64,000 nucleotides of DNA. It comes from Prevotella sp. GTDB taxonomy: Bacteria > Bacteroidota > Bacteroidia > Bacteroidales > Dysgonomonadaceae. The stretch spans positions 83,791-147,790 of the forward strand of contig JAITVV010000084.1 of the NCBI GenBank assembly GCA_031285625.1, in the 5' to 3' direction. Below the pieces are notes generated by a model that saw only the letters and a list, made by a program, of their open reading frames with translations, did not search any database and was not told the origin of the DNA. Positions 11,252-21,209 of the stretch are shown piece after piece. Position 1 is the stretch's first letter. Each line of letters starts with the position of its first letter. Position numbers and translations under genes: made by a program.

Positions 11252-11338
11252 GGAGAGGTGCTCGAGTGGTTGAAGAGGCATGCCTGGAAAGCATGTATAC
11301 GGGTAACTGTATCGAGGGTTCGAATCCCTTCTTCTCCG
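11252..11338 (+). tRNA. tRNA-Ser(GGA)
   Basis: GGAGAGG/CTTCTCC acceptor stem, CATGC-ctGGAaa-GCATG anticodon arm, long variable arm, GGTTCGAATCC; TATATTTG promoter at 11229-11236. Confidence 0.96.
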
Positions 11339-11351
11339 CAAAATATAAATG

Positions 11352-11383
11352 AAGGACTAAATATTTTAGTCCTTTTGTTTTTT
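11352..11383 (+). terminator. Terminator after tRNA-Ser
   Basis: AAGGACTAAA-tat-TTTAGTCCTT then T-rich tail. Confidence 0.7.
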
Positions 11384-11393
11384 GTATATGCAG

Positions 11394-11882
11394 ATGAAGA
11401 AAATATTATTTATATTATTACTTTTTATCTCTTGTAATCCCCCTGCTGAAAAAGATGAAGAGGTACTAAGGGGAAAAGTTGTAAGTGTAGCTGATGGTGA
11501 CACGGTAACTATACTTACAGATAATGATGAACAAATTCGTATCCGTCTCTATGGTATCGATGCTCCCGAAAAAGGACAGGATTTTTCAAATAAATCCAGA
11601 CAATTCTTAAATGATTTGTGCTATGGAAAAATAGTAAGTATAGAAAAAAAAGGGATTGACCAATATGAGCGCGTCCTTGGAATTGTTTATATTAATGAAT
11701 TCAACTTAAATAAGGAGATGGTGCGTAACGGCTTGGCATGGTACTACGACCATTATGTAAAGGATGCAGACTTGGAAGCTTTAGAACATACTGCGAGAAA
11801 ACAAAAACTTAATATATGGAGTATGAAGAATCCCACTCCACCTTACGAGTTTAGGAGAAATCAAAGAATGGGGAAAAATTAA
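11394..11882 (+). CDS. Thermonuclease (SNase-like) lipoprotein
   Basis: Lipobox ISC; [19 protein letters not shown]. Confidence 0.92.
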   Translation: MKKILFILLLFISCNPPAEKDEEVLRGKVVSVADGDTVTILTDNDEQIRIRLYGIDAPEKGQDFSNKSRQFLNDLCYGKIVSIEKKGIDQYERVLGIVYINEFNLNKEMVRNGLAWYYDHYVKDADLEALEHTARKQKLNIWSMKNPTPPYEFRRNQRMGKN

Positions 11883-11912
11883 ATTAAAAGGTACTTATTA
11901 AAATCTAATATT

Positions 11913-12746
11913 ATGACAAAATATATTGAACTGGACTTTGATCCCGACTCTGATCAGTTACACGATGTTCTTGATGAACTTTGTTTATGGTCGGCTCCTT
12001 TTGGACTAAAATTGTTAGATAACTTACTCCTAAAAAAAGGAATATCTGTGTTAGATATTGGATTCTGCGATGGATTTCCATTAACAGAACTGGCACTCCG
12101 CTTAGGCCAATCAAGCACAATCTATGGTATTGACCCTTGGGAAGCTGCAATTAGACGTACAAAGAAGAAAATCTCCATTTATAATATACAGAATGTAAAA
12201 ATAATAAAGGGGGTTGCAGAAAACATCCCCCTCGATAATAACTCCATTGATTTAATAACGAGCAACAATGGTATAAATAATGTAACTGATCTGGACAAAA
12301 CCCTTCAGGAATGTTTTCGCATACTAAAATCCGGAGGTCAGTTTATTCAAACGATGAATCTGAATTCAACAATGATCGAATTCTATGAAATCCTTGGGAA
12401 AGTATTGCAGGCAAACCGGATGGAGAATGAGCTAAATAAGATGAAAGAGCAAATCTATAAAAAGAGAAAACCTCTGGATGAATTTTTACAACTACTCAAA
12501 CAACATGGTTTCTCTATTACAAATGTAATGCATGATCAGTTTGATTACAAATTTGTAGATGGTACAACTTTACTAAATCACTATTTCATCCGCTTTGCGT
12601 TTTTATCAGGATGGAAAAATATCTTACCTGAAAGCAAACAAGCAGAGATCTTTGAAATTATAGAATCTGAGATGAATAATATTGCTGAGATAAACGGATA
12701 TTTCAAATTAAGTGTTCCTTTTGTTTTAATTGATTGTACCAAATAA
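11913..12746 (+). CDS. Class I SAM-dependent methyltransferase
   Basis: VLDIGFCDG motif I, RILKSGG. Confidence 0.85.
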   Translation: MTKYIELDFDPDSDQLHDVLDELCLWSAPFGLKLLDNLLLKKGISVLDIGFCDGFPLTELALRLGQSSTIYGIDPWEAAIRRTKKKISIYNIQNVKIIKGVAENIPLDNNSIDLITSNNGINNVTDLDKTLQECFRILKSGGQFIQTMNLNSTMIEFYEILGKVLQANRMENELNKMKEQIYKKRKPLDEFLQLLKQHGFSITNVMHDQFDYKFVDGTTLLNHYFIRFAFLSGWKNILPESKQAEIFEIIESEMNNIAEINGYFKLSVPFVLIDCTK

Positions 12747-12749
12747 TCC

Positions 12750-13280
12750 TTAATATTTAGAAGGTACATAGCCTATCAGCTTTTCCAGTTTCTTTATATA
12801 GATATGGAGGAAATATAATGGAATAAATCCAAATATACAGAATGAACAATCTATTAGCGTCCAATAGAATGGAATCCCCCTAATCGGCCCACAAATAAGT
12901 GATAAAGGAACCACACCGATACAAGCTATCATAGCAAAATACACAATCCAGATATTGCGCACAGGTTTAAGATATAATCCTATAAATGCAGCAGCAATCA
13001 CCAAATGAGAAAAAGCAAGCCAGTCTGTTCCATATGCAAGAAAAGGGTAATTATCATTTGTATTGATCAGTGCATCTGCAACTGTAGCAATCCACCCCTT
13101 TAAACCATCATAGGCCTCAGGAGATACATCATGAGATATACCCAAAATCTGGCAAACAATCCTTACTTCACTTTCTATAGGAAATGCAGTTACGCCCCAA
13201 AAAATAAGGGCAAACATATAAAATATCACCAATCCGCGAATTCTTACTAATAAATGTTTTTCTTCTTTTTTCATAGCCAT
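12750..13280 (-). CDS. Membrane protein of unknown function
   Basis: Several hydrophobic helices; YGTDWLAFSH. Confidence 0.8.
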   Translation of the reverse strand: MAMKKEEKHLLVRIRGLVIFYMFALIFWGVTAFPIESEVRIVCQILGISHDVSPEAYDGLKGWIATVADALINTNDNYPFLAYGTDWLAFSHLVIAAAFIGLYLKPVRNIWIVYFAMIACIGVVPLSLICGPIRGIPFYWTLIDCSFCIFGFIPLYFLHIYIKKLEKLIGYVPSKY

Positions 13281-13363
13281 TAATTTAAATTCAAATAACT
13301 TTGAAATACAAAGTAAATAAAAATTTGCGAATTAAATGATAATTTTGAAAAATATTATGCCAT

Positions 13364-13398
13364 AAAAAGCCCTTTGAATTGTTGCAATCCAAAGGGCT
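13364..13398 (-). terminator. gdhA terminator
   Basis: AGCCCTTTG...CAAAGGGCT stem with T-run on minus strand. Confidence 0.7.
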
Positions 13399-13424
13399 CC
13401 TCATTGATTGATTAAAAAATTTAG

Positions 13425-14762
13425 TTATACAACACCTTGTGCAATCATAGCACGGGCTACTTTCATAAATCCGGCCACATTCGCACCTTTTACATAATTG
13501 ATATATCCGTCATGATCTTTGCCAAATTTAAGACATTGACCATGTATATTTTTCATTATACCATGCAAGCGCTGATCGACTTCTTCAGCCCCCCACTGTA
13601 TGTGCATCGCATTTTGGCTCATTTCCAGACCTGAAGTAGCTACTCCTCCGGCATTTACGGCTTTACCAGGAGCAAATAATATGTGTTTCTCAACAAACAA
13701 GTCAACCGCTTCTGCAGTACATCCCATATTGGAAACTTCAGCTACACAAGTTACCCCATTAGCTATCAGGGCCTCTGCATCCTTTGCATTTAATTCGTTC
13801 TGAATAGCACAAGGCAGGGCAATATCAACCTTCTCCACCCATGGTTTTTTACCTGCATGGAATACAGAATTAGGATATTTTTCTGCATAAGGAGCTACGA
13901 TATCATTACCCGAATCACGAAGTTCAAGCATATATTCAATCTTATCTCCACTTACACCATCTGCATCATATATATAACCATCAGGCCCGGAGATAGTAAC
14001 AACTTTTGCACCCAGTTCTGTGGCTTTCAATGTAGCACCCCATGCTACATTTCCAAATCCGGAAATAGCAACAGTCTTACCCTTTAAATCTATATTTTTA
14101 GCTTTCAGCATCTCATTTACAAAATAGAGCGCACCAAAGCCCGTAGCCTCAGGACGTACTAGTGAACCACCGTACTCAAGTCCCTTACCGGTAAAAGTTC
14201 CCGTATTTTCTCGAGCTAGTTTCTTATACATTCCGTACAAATAACCTATTTCACGTGTACCAACTCCAATATCGCCAGCCGGAACATCCGTATCTGGTCC
14301 TATATTACGCCAAAGTTCCAACATAAATGCCTGACAGAAACGCATTATCTCGGCATTAGATTTACCTCGAGGGCTGAAATCAGAGCCACCTTTTCCTCCT
14401 CCCATCGGCAAAGTAGTCAAAGCATTCTTGAAAGTTTGCTCAAACCCTAGAAACTTAAGAGAAGAAAGATTCACCGATGCATGAAATCTCAGACCACCCT
14501 TATAAGGACCAATAGCATTGTTAAATTGCACACGATATCCTAAATTAACCTGAATATCACCTTTATCATCTACCCAAGGCACCTTAAACGTAAATATGCG
14601 ATCAGGCTCTACCAAGCGTTCAATAATACGATTTTTCTCAAATTCCGGATGCTGGTTATAAACATCCTCTATGGATACAAGCACTTCCTTCACTGCTTGT
14701 AAATACTCAGACTCTCCGGGGTGTTTTGCCTCTAAAGCTGATAAAATGTCATTAATCTTCAT
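13425..14762 (-). CDS. gdhA: NADP-specific glutamate dehydrogenase
   Basis: GPYKGGLRFH, GGGKGG, DVPAGDIGVG, RPEATG. Confidence 0.97.
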   Translation of the reverse strand: MKINDILSALEAKHPGESEYLQAVKEVLVSIEDVYNQHPEFEKNRIIERLVEPDRIFTFKVPWVDDKGDIQVNLGYRVQFNNAIGPYKGGLRFHASVNLSSLKFLGFEQTFKNALTTLPMGGGKGGSDFSPRGKSNAEIMRFCQAFMLELWRNIGPDTDVPAGDIGVGTREIGYLYGMYKKLARENTGTFTGKGLEYGGSLVRPEATGFGALYFVNEMLKAKNIDLKGKTVAISGFGNVAWGATLKATELGAKVVTISGPDGYIYDADGVSGDKIEYMLELRDSGNDIVAPYAEKYPNSVFHAGKKPWVEKVDIALPCAIQNELNAKDAEALIANGVTCVAEVSNMGCTAEAVDLFVEKHILFAPGKAVNAGGVATSGLEMSQNAMHIQWGAEEVDQRLHGIMKNIHGQCLKFGKDHDGYINYVKGANVAGFMKVARAMIAQGVV

Positions 14763-14948
14763 GATTTAATGGTTTAAATCGGTTACTTATCTATACAAAT
14801 GTATAAATAATGGAACAAAATTTCACATGCTTCTTTTCTTTTTTTCATTCCAAAAAACATGATTTACAACATAAAATGAATTAACGGAATCAAATTTCCA
14901 GAGATATTATTTTAATTCTTATTTTTGTTATCTCCAAAGCTAAAAATC

Positions 14949-15767
14949 ATGACTAATATTTACGAAATAGCCAATAAACTGAGAGCAGAGTCAAAACATC
15001 TTCCAATAAACAGAATTGAACTCGAAGATGCATTAAATACACTTATACATCGTGTACTATTCCCGATATGCGATCAAGAGAAATCCAGAGAAAAAAAGCT
15101 GTACTACTTTTATTCTATTCTGGTTGAGAATATCTCTGCATTACTAAATAGAGAAGAGGCTGAAGAGATGGTAGACCAATTCATCTCCCACCTTCCTGAA
15201 CTGCAAGACCAGCTGTATGAAGAAGCTAAAGTATATTATGAAAATGATCCGGCAGCAAAATCGATAGAAGAGGTCATATTGACTTATCCCGGTTTCTTTG
15301 CACAAGTTGTTTACCGCATATCTCATGAATTCTATAAAATGAATACCCCTATTATACCCCGTCTTTTCTCAGAATATGCACATTCAAAAGTGGGAATAGA
15401 CATTAACCCCGGCGCAGAAATAGGAAAGGCATTCTACATAGACCATGGTACAGGCATAGTTATTGGGGAAACAACCTTAATAGGCGACAATGTAAAAATA
15501 TATCAAGGTGTAACATTAGGAGCTCTATTTGTAACGAAAGGGCTTGCTAATGAAAAGAGGCACCCAACTATAGAAGACAACGTTGTAATCTATGCTGGTG
15601 CGACCATATTAGGAGGAAAGACTATAGTAGGCCATGACTCAACAATAGGTGGAAATGCATGGCTCACCAAAAGTGTTGTTCCTTATTCCCTTGTACAACA
15701 AAATTCAGAAATAAGGATACATAATACATTGAAAACAGGAGAGAATATTCTTGACTTCAATATATAA
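14949..15767 (+). CDS. cysE: Serine O-acetyltransferase
   Basis: DPAA, YPG, IDHGTGIVIGET, KRHPT hexapeptide repeats. Confidence 0.93.
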   Translation: MTNIYEIANKLRAESKHLPINRIELEDALNTLIHRVLFPICDQEKSREKKLYYFYSILVENISALLNREEAEEMVDQFISHLPELQDQLYEEAKVYYENDPAAKSIEEVILTYPGFFAQVVYRISHEFYKMNTPIIPRLFSEYAHSKVGIDINPGAEIGKAFYIDHGTGIVIGETTLIGDNVKIYQGVTLGALFVTKGLANEKRHPTIEDNVVIYAGATILGGKTIVGHDSTIGGNAWLTKSVVPYSLVQQNSEIRIHNTLKTGENILDFNI

Positions 15768-15837
15768 TTTATAAAATAGGAAAGAATACAATATTTTTTG
15801 TACTTTCGTGTAAATTAATCATTACGATATAAGAACA

Positions 15838-16290
15838 ATGGAAGAAGCCCGTAAAAATCCATCTTCTCTGATCAGAAATACCTTTTTACAAGCAATTAAT
15901 GCTTTATCAAAAGATTATAAAGGTAGTTCTCTAACTGATATTTTTATCACAGTAGATAAAGAAAGTGGAGAGGTTGCATTCTATGATGACGAAGAAAATA
16001 AAGTTGGTGAAATCGTAGTTTTCGATTGGGTCAATAAGGTAGATGAGCTAAACGATGAAAAGATAATCTCAATCCTGCGAGAAATCACAGAACAGCTTGA
16101 TAATGAGGACATGTTTTCATCACTAGAATTATTCAAACCATTTTCAGTTAACTATGCAGACGACAGTTTTGAAGTAATTGACGAATTGCTATTGATAAAT
16201 GAAGAATCAACCATCAACTTAGATAATGATTTAATGGAGAAATTCGATAAGGAATTTGATGATTTTCTAGACAAGCTACTAAAAGAATAA
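15838..16290 (+). CDS. Conserved acidic hypothetical protein
   Basis: Long ORF with host-like start context. Confidence 0.75.
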   Translation: MEEARKNPSSLIRNTFLQAINALSKDYKGSSLTDIFITVDKESGEVAFYDDEENKVGEIVVFDWVNKVDELNDEKIISILREITEQLDNEDMFSSLELFKPFSVNYADDSFEVIDELLLINEESTINLDNDLMEKFDKEFDDFLDKLLKE

Positions 16291-17001
16291 TTATATTTCA
16301 ACACCAATTTTTCTTCCTTTCTCTACATAACTTGTATCAGCCATAGACTCTACAGTAAATATCTTATTCTGATAAGTAACCTTACATACCGCAGCATTAT
16401 CCAGTGGTTTGGTGAACAGTCTGTCACCTCCAAGCCCTAATAGCATTGCCAGAATACTCATCCCGTGTGAAATAATAAGAATATTGCCATCACCGGATTG
16501 CACTTCGTTTTCGGCTATTTCTTTTAAGCTTTCCTGGGTACGCAATTCCACTTGTGAATAGTTCTCGGCCATCCCCATTTTATCTAATAACTTTATGGCA
16601 TCCAGTACATTCCTGTAACTAATATCCTTAGCCAGAATGGCTTTGAACATTTCATCTACAGATGTATAATGAAGATACAATGCAGCATTATGCCACATCA
16701 CATGATTGAAATCTGCTTCAAAACTACCAAAGCAAGCTTCCCTCAATCCGGCTAGTTCTATAATAGGTATATCATCCTGCCCCTTTGCCCCCAATATAAT
16801 TTGGGATGTTTGCCTGGTTCTGCGCAGGTCGCTGCAATAGACCGTGCGGAATTTTATATCACTAAGTCCATACCCAAGATAGCGGGCTGCATCAATACCT
16901 TCCTTTGTTAAAGGAGAATCGCACCAACCCTGAACTCTATCCAGGCTATTCATCATAGTTTTGCCGTGACGCGCAATATATAATGTTATTTTAGTATTCA
17001 T
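16291..17001 (-). CDS. Histidine phosphatase family protein
   Basis: RHGKT, SDLRRT, SHG motifs. Confidence 0.92.
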   Translation of the reverse strand: MNTKITLYIARHGKTMMNSLDRVQGWCDSPLTKEGIDAARYLGYGLSDIKFRTVYCSDLRRTRQTSQIILGAKGQDDIPIIELAGLREACFGSFEADFNHVMWHNAALYLHYTSVDEMFKAILAKDISYRNVLDAIKLLDKMGMAENYSQVELRTQESLKEIAENEVQSGDGNILIISHGMSILAMLLGLGGDRLFTKPLDNAAVCKVTYQNKIFTVESMADTSYVEKGRKIGVEI

Positions 17002-17060
17002 TTATTTTAGTAAATGTTAATATTTAATGCTGTATTTTTAAAGTAGTAATGCCTGAGATT

Positions 17061-17468
17061 TTATTTCCAATTTATATAATCTGCAAATGCCTTATCAAAC
17101 ATATCAGGCTTCCCTACTTTACCATCTATCAAACAAACTACCTCTATAACAGCATCGGCACATAAAGTGTTGTCAGGAATACGAATAATTTGCTGATGAA
17201 AAAAGTAACGAAGGCCTTTACGCTCAATATTAATACTGCAAATAAATTCTTCCGAACCACGCAGGGAACTTCTGTAGCTTATATTTACATTACGAACAAC
17301 CGGTAATATATTTTCTTCAGTGAGGTCGCGCAAACGCATGCCACACTTTTCCATTAGTTCATGACGTGTTGCCTCAAAATAATGTAAATAAATTGCATTA
17401 TTAACTACTCCTTGTGAATCACATTCGTAGTCACGAACTTTCATTTTATATTCAAAGGTTAATGCCAT
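17061..17468 (-). CDS. Acyl-CoA thioesterase (4HBT/YbgC-like)
   Basis: VRDYECDSQGVVNNAIY. Confidence 0.9.
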   Translation of the reverse strand: MALTFEYKMKVRDYECDSQGVVNNAIYLHYFEATRHELMEKCGMRLRDLTEENILPVVRNVNISYRSSLRGSEEFICSINIERKGLRYFFHQQIIRIPDNTLCADAVIEVVCLIDGKVGKPDMFDKAFADYINWK

Positions 17469-17477
17469 AGACGATAC

Positions 17478-17900
17478 CTATACTTCGAAATATTTACCAA
17501 AGGCTCTGTCAAAAGCTTCAGGCTTTGCTAATTTACCATTGGTTATACATACTACCTCAAACTTCCCGGTAGAACAGACCTTATTGTCATGTAACCGGAC
17601 GATTTTTTGATTAAAAATATACCGGATGCCATCTCTTTCCAAAAAATCAACTGTAGAAATAAAATTATCCCCACCTTTTAACGAATTGGTATAACGAATG
17701 TATGCGCTGACAACAACTGCATCGGTTCCGCTTTCATGCAAGTCAAAAAAGCTCAGACCATTTTCATTAAAAAAATCATGGCGGGCAATTTCATAATAAT
17801 GCTGATAATTGGCATTGTTTACGATTCCCTGTGCGTCGCATTCATAGTCGCGCACCCTTATTGTACATTGAAATAAAGGGCTTTTACTTTTATCTATCAT
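17478..17900 (-). CDS. Acyl-CoA thioesterase, tandem paralog
   Basis: VRDYECDAQGIVNNANY. Confidence 0.9.
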   Translation of the reverse strand: MIDKSKSPLFQCTIRVRDYECDAQGIVNNANYQHYYEIARHDFFNENGLSFFDLHESGTDAVVVSAYIRYTNSLKGGDNFISTVDFLERDGIRYIFNQKIVRLHDNKVCSTGKFEVVCITNGKLAKPEAFDRAFGKYFEV

Positions 17901-18756
17901 TTTTTTTTATCATATGGCTGATATACTTACCAGCTTGTGAGTTAATATATAAAAACTGAATATTTGAATTTGATTTCTGTATTTCGAACAATTGATCTTT
18001 TGTTAATATAGAATTACGCAGCTTGAAATGAAAATGCTTATGAGAAAAAGCTTTAGAGTTAAAAAGTTTTATAAATGTCTCAAAAGAAGTATAATCATTA
18101 TCAGTAAGATCATCAAACTGATTAAGAGGTTCTGCATAGTCTAAAGAATATAGCGCAGGGAAGTTATTGCTCTCTGCAAGATTCTTTAGAAAATCCTGAC
18201 TATCACTACCAGCCTGAATGATCATATTCTGCAGTTCTGTATGTTCTATTTCGAAAAACGTACCATCAGGTGCTGCCGGAACTGTAAGCCTTCGTAATGT
18301 TGGCATTTTTGAAACTAACTTTGCGATTGTACCATCTTCTTCAAGATAATTTATAGCACTGATGTTATGATCTCCCAAATTAGTCAGACGAACCTTAAAT
18401 TCCTGTAGATTGGGAAAAATCACATCCGAATTTGTTAATCTATCAAAGCACCATTCATTTACACCATTTGCTCCTTCATCATAACTATCGAAGACTAATG
18501 AGATTACCCGATCTGCATATTCCTGATTGGTAAGAAAGTCTAACAAAGCACAAAATCCATAATTGTAATCTTCATCCAAATCGGTAGCTTTGATAGAAGG
18601 ATCGTCATCATATCCCGGTCCATGATAGTAAATACTTACCATATCACCGATAGGAAAAAATGATACTTGAGGCGAATAATCTAGTGAATAAGAATCTTCT
18701 TCCGTATTATGATAATTATAAATATTCTGTTGTAGTTCTAAAAGTTTATTTATCAT
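17890..18756 (-). CDS. Hypothetical protein with leucine-rich-repeat-like segments
   Basis: FPNLQEF, MPTLRRL, FPALYSL repeats. Confidence 0.7.
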   Translation of the reverse strand: MINKLLELQQNIYNYHNTEEDSYSLDYSPQVSFFPIGDMVSIYYHGPGYDDDPSIKATDLDEDYNYGFCALLDFLTNQEYADRVISLVFDSYDEGANGVNEWCFDRLTNSDVIFPNLQEFKVRLTNLGDHNISAINYLEEDGTIAKLVSKMPTLRRLTVPAAPDGTFFEIEHTELQNMIIQAGSDSQDFLKNLAESNNFPALYSLDYAEPLNQFDDLTDNDYTSFETFIKLFNSKAFSHKHFHFKLRNSILTKDQLFEIQKSNSNIQFLYINSQAGKYISHMIKKNDR

Positions 18757-18890
18757 ATTAACATTGTAAGGTCTCAGACCTATTTATTACTTTGGTAAGT
18801 AGAAGAGCAATAAGCTGTTACGATTTTAAAATATATCATTAAATACTTACTTTTACTTATTTTATTCAGATACAAAGTTAATATTATCTT

Positions 18891-20870
18891 TTATTTAGCA
18901 GGAATCAAAAATGATAAAGGAACATATAATCTTTCATTCCAGGCATTTTCAGAATGGTCTTTACCTTGAAATCCTCTTGTAATCCATTGCTTCGATGTAT
19001 ATCCTTTTTCTTGCATTACCTTATCCACTTTCTCTTGATGCGGTTTGTAAAAACGGTCAATCGTTTCGGTTCCATAATCAAAATATAACTTATGGCTTTT
19101 AGGAGAAGGTAATTTATTTCTCATATAGTTTACAAACGATCCGGGTATAATACTATTATCCGGATTTGTAGAATCGCCTATCCAATGTGTAGAAAGACAG
19201 GCTGCTGCTCCAAACACTTCAGGATATTCACAAATGGCATACATAGATACTAATCCTCCCATACTAGAACCCATTATGATTGTATTATCCTTATCCGGTT
19301 TGGTACTGTAGTTCTTATCTATAAAAGGTTTTAGTTCTTCGACAATAAATCGAAGGTAATTATCTGACCCAACAGGCTCCTTCATAGTACTCTTCTGTAA
19401 TTCAGGGGGTAAAGCTTCGAATGGTTTCTGAGGAAAATATTCTGAATACCTAAACTTCCCGTTATTCCACATTCCAACAACAATGCAATCCCTTATTTTT
19501 TTGTCGTCAATCAGCTTTCCTGCAACAGAATCTACATCCCATTCCTGATGATTCCATGTTATATTCTTATCAAAGAGGGCCTGACCATCATGCATATATA
19601 TAACAGTATACTTCTTAGATGGTGAATAATTCTCTGGTAACCACACATCAATATTCCGAGGCATAACAAAATCGGAAGGGAAGTTCGTATATCTATCGAT
19701 AGAACCGGACTGAACAGCTGGAATGGATTTTTGGATCACTTCCGAATACCTCTTTTTTATATCTACATAAGAACTGATCTGTTTGTAGTAATCTTCAATA
19801 TTTTCAGCTGTATGCCAATCCGGGTCGGGCATCTGTCTTTTTATATCCTGCCATTGCCGCCCATTAAAATAAAGAGGATCCATAGTACAACCCGTTAAGT
19901 CTTTAAACGGTTTTATAAAAATATAACCATCAAAGAAATCTTCCAATCTAAAATCACTATGACATAAACTAAAAAAGCTATTGTCCGATAATCTTCCTAA
20001 TGATGTATTTACTAAGTCAAAACCTACAGGCCTGTTATTATTTTTAGCCATGATCGCTTCAATAGCTCCATTTGCAGGGGAAATCCAATAGGAATTAGGT
20101 TTATCTTTCGACTCAAAAGGTAAATGAAACATTATATTAAATACCTTATCGGGATATTTCCGGTAGAGCCTGTTACCAACAAAACCTGTATCATAATCGC
20201 AGAAGTCATCATTATTCATTTTTAGTACAGGCATACCATATTTTGTAAATACATGAACAAGGCCCATATATATCAAAGCTTTTTCATTTTTGGCTATTAC
20301 CTCTTTTTCTATAATATTTGTTCTGAAATCGTCCGGGGTACCTCTATAGAAAACCCGACTCATATTCTCAGGTGTTCTGGGAGAGGCGAATTTACTCCAA
20401 TCATATTGATAACTAAGATTTACTATCCGGAATTTTCTTTCCCCTGCTGATAATGATTTATTTAGCTTCCATACTTCCTTATATATATCTGTGTATTCTT
20501 TATATGCCCAGCCAACGTTATAGAAAAACATCATATCTCTTGCCAGTTGTTCATTATACTCATCTGCACTAAGTAGAGAGTCTAACTGTGATTGCATTTC
20601 AAAAGAGCCGAATTCCATACAAAGATTGGTTACCCCCGCCTTATATAAATCAGGTATCAAATTCTTTACAAAATCTAAATGATCCTTTATTCCATGATCT
20701 TCACCTAATAAGACTAAATCATGTTTCCCAAATTTGGAGATTAAGTATTCTGATGGAGATTTACTATTCTTCCCAATATATTCAGTTTCGGAAATATATT
20801 GATCTTGACTTTTAAGCAAGGCCGGAATAAAACAAAAGATAGATAATAATAAAAAGATATTGTGTTTCAT
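18891..20870 (-). CDS. Secreted fusion: EreA/ChaN-like N-domain plus alpha/beta-hydrolase esterase
   Basis: LLGEDH..LCME in N-half; YMHDGQ, GSSMGG, HSE in C-half. Confidence 0.8.
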   Translation of the reverse strand: MKHNIFLLLSIFCFIPALLKSQDQYISETEYIGKNSKSPSEYLISKFGKHDLVLLGEDHGIKDHLDFVKNLIPDLYKAGVTNLCMEFGSFEMQSQLDSLLSADEYNEQLARDMMFFYNVGWAYKEYTDIYKEVWKLNKSLSAGERKFRIVNLSYQYDWSKFASPRTPENMSRVFYRGTPDDFRTNIIEKEVIAKNEKALIYMGLVHVFTKYGMPVLKMNNDDFCDYDTGFVGNRLYRKYPDKVFNIMFHLPFESKDKPNSYWISPANGAIEAIMAKNNNRPVGFDLVNTSLGRLSDNSFFSLCHSDFRLEDFFDGYIFIKPFKDLTGCTMDPLYFNGRQWQDIKRQMPDPDWHTAENIEDYYKQISSYVDIKKRYSEVIQKSIPAVQSGSIDRYTNFPSDFVMPRNIDVWLPENYSPSKKYTVIYMHDGQALFDKNITWNHQEWDVDSVAGKLIDDKKIRDCIVVGMWNNGKFRYSEYFPQKPFEALPPELQKSTMKEPVGSDNYLRFIVEELKPFIDKNYSTKPDKDNTIIMGSSMGGLVSMYAICEYPEVFGAAACLSTHWIGDSTNPDNSIIPGSFVNYMRNKLPSPKSHKLYFDYGTETIDRFYKPHQEKVDKVMQEKGYTSKQWITRGFQGKDHSENAWNERLYVPLSFLIPAK

Positions 20871-20960
20871 AATTTATTGGATTAAAAAGTCTAATAACAA
20901 AAATATAGATTAGCGAACAGAGTTAATTAGGCAAGACCTTAATACCAAGACAAATAGTAT

Positions 20961-20980
20961 GCAAACGATTGCGAAGCTAA
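20961..20980 (-). promoter_or_regulatory. -7 element (TAGCTTCG) followed by LacI-type operator GCAATCGTTTGC
   Basis: Near-palindrome resembling LacI-family GCAAnCGnTTGC boxes directly downstream of a -7-like element. Confidence 0.45.
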
Positions 20981-20994
20981 AATGACTTCTAACT

Positions 20995-21166
20995 AAAAAA
21001 GTGACAAAAGTGACAGTTATAACATATTTTTCATGTCACCTTTTTCTTCTAAGTCTTTTTTTCAGGAATAAAAGGGTCGAGATGCTTCCTTCGTCAGTAT
21101 GGCTCGAACGAGAACAAAAAGTGACAAAGGTAACAGCTAAATAATATAATAGCTGTTACCTTTTCT
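20995..21166. repeat. Two GTGACA inverted-repeat elements flanking a half REP-like arm
   Basis: aaaaagtgacaaaagtgacag...tgtcaccttttt and aaaaagtgacaaaggtaacagcta...tagctgttaccttt; 21074-21102 resembles 63817-63847. Confidence 0.55.
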
Positions 21167-21209
21167 ATTTTGCTTACATGTAGTGCCAACAGCCTACATA
21201 TAGATAATT

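Noticed and set aside
11234-11437. 67-aa ORF
   Set aside because: Overlaps tRNA-Ser and its terminator
11252-13280. Possible island integrated at tRNA-Ser
   Set aside because: No integrase and no duplicated tRNA 3' end seen
17061-17900. Tandem thioesterase paralogs
   Set aside because: Ordinary diverged duplication
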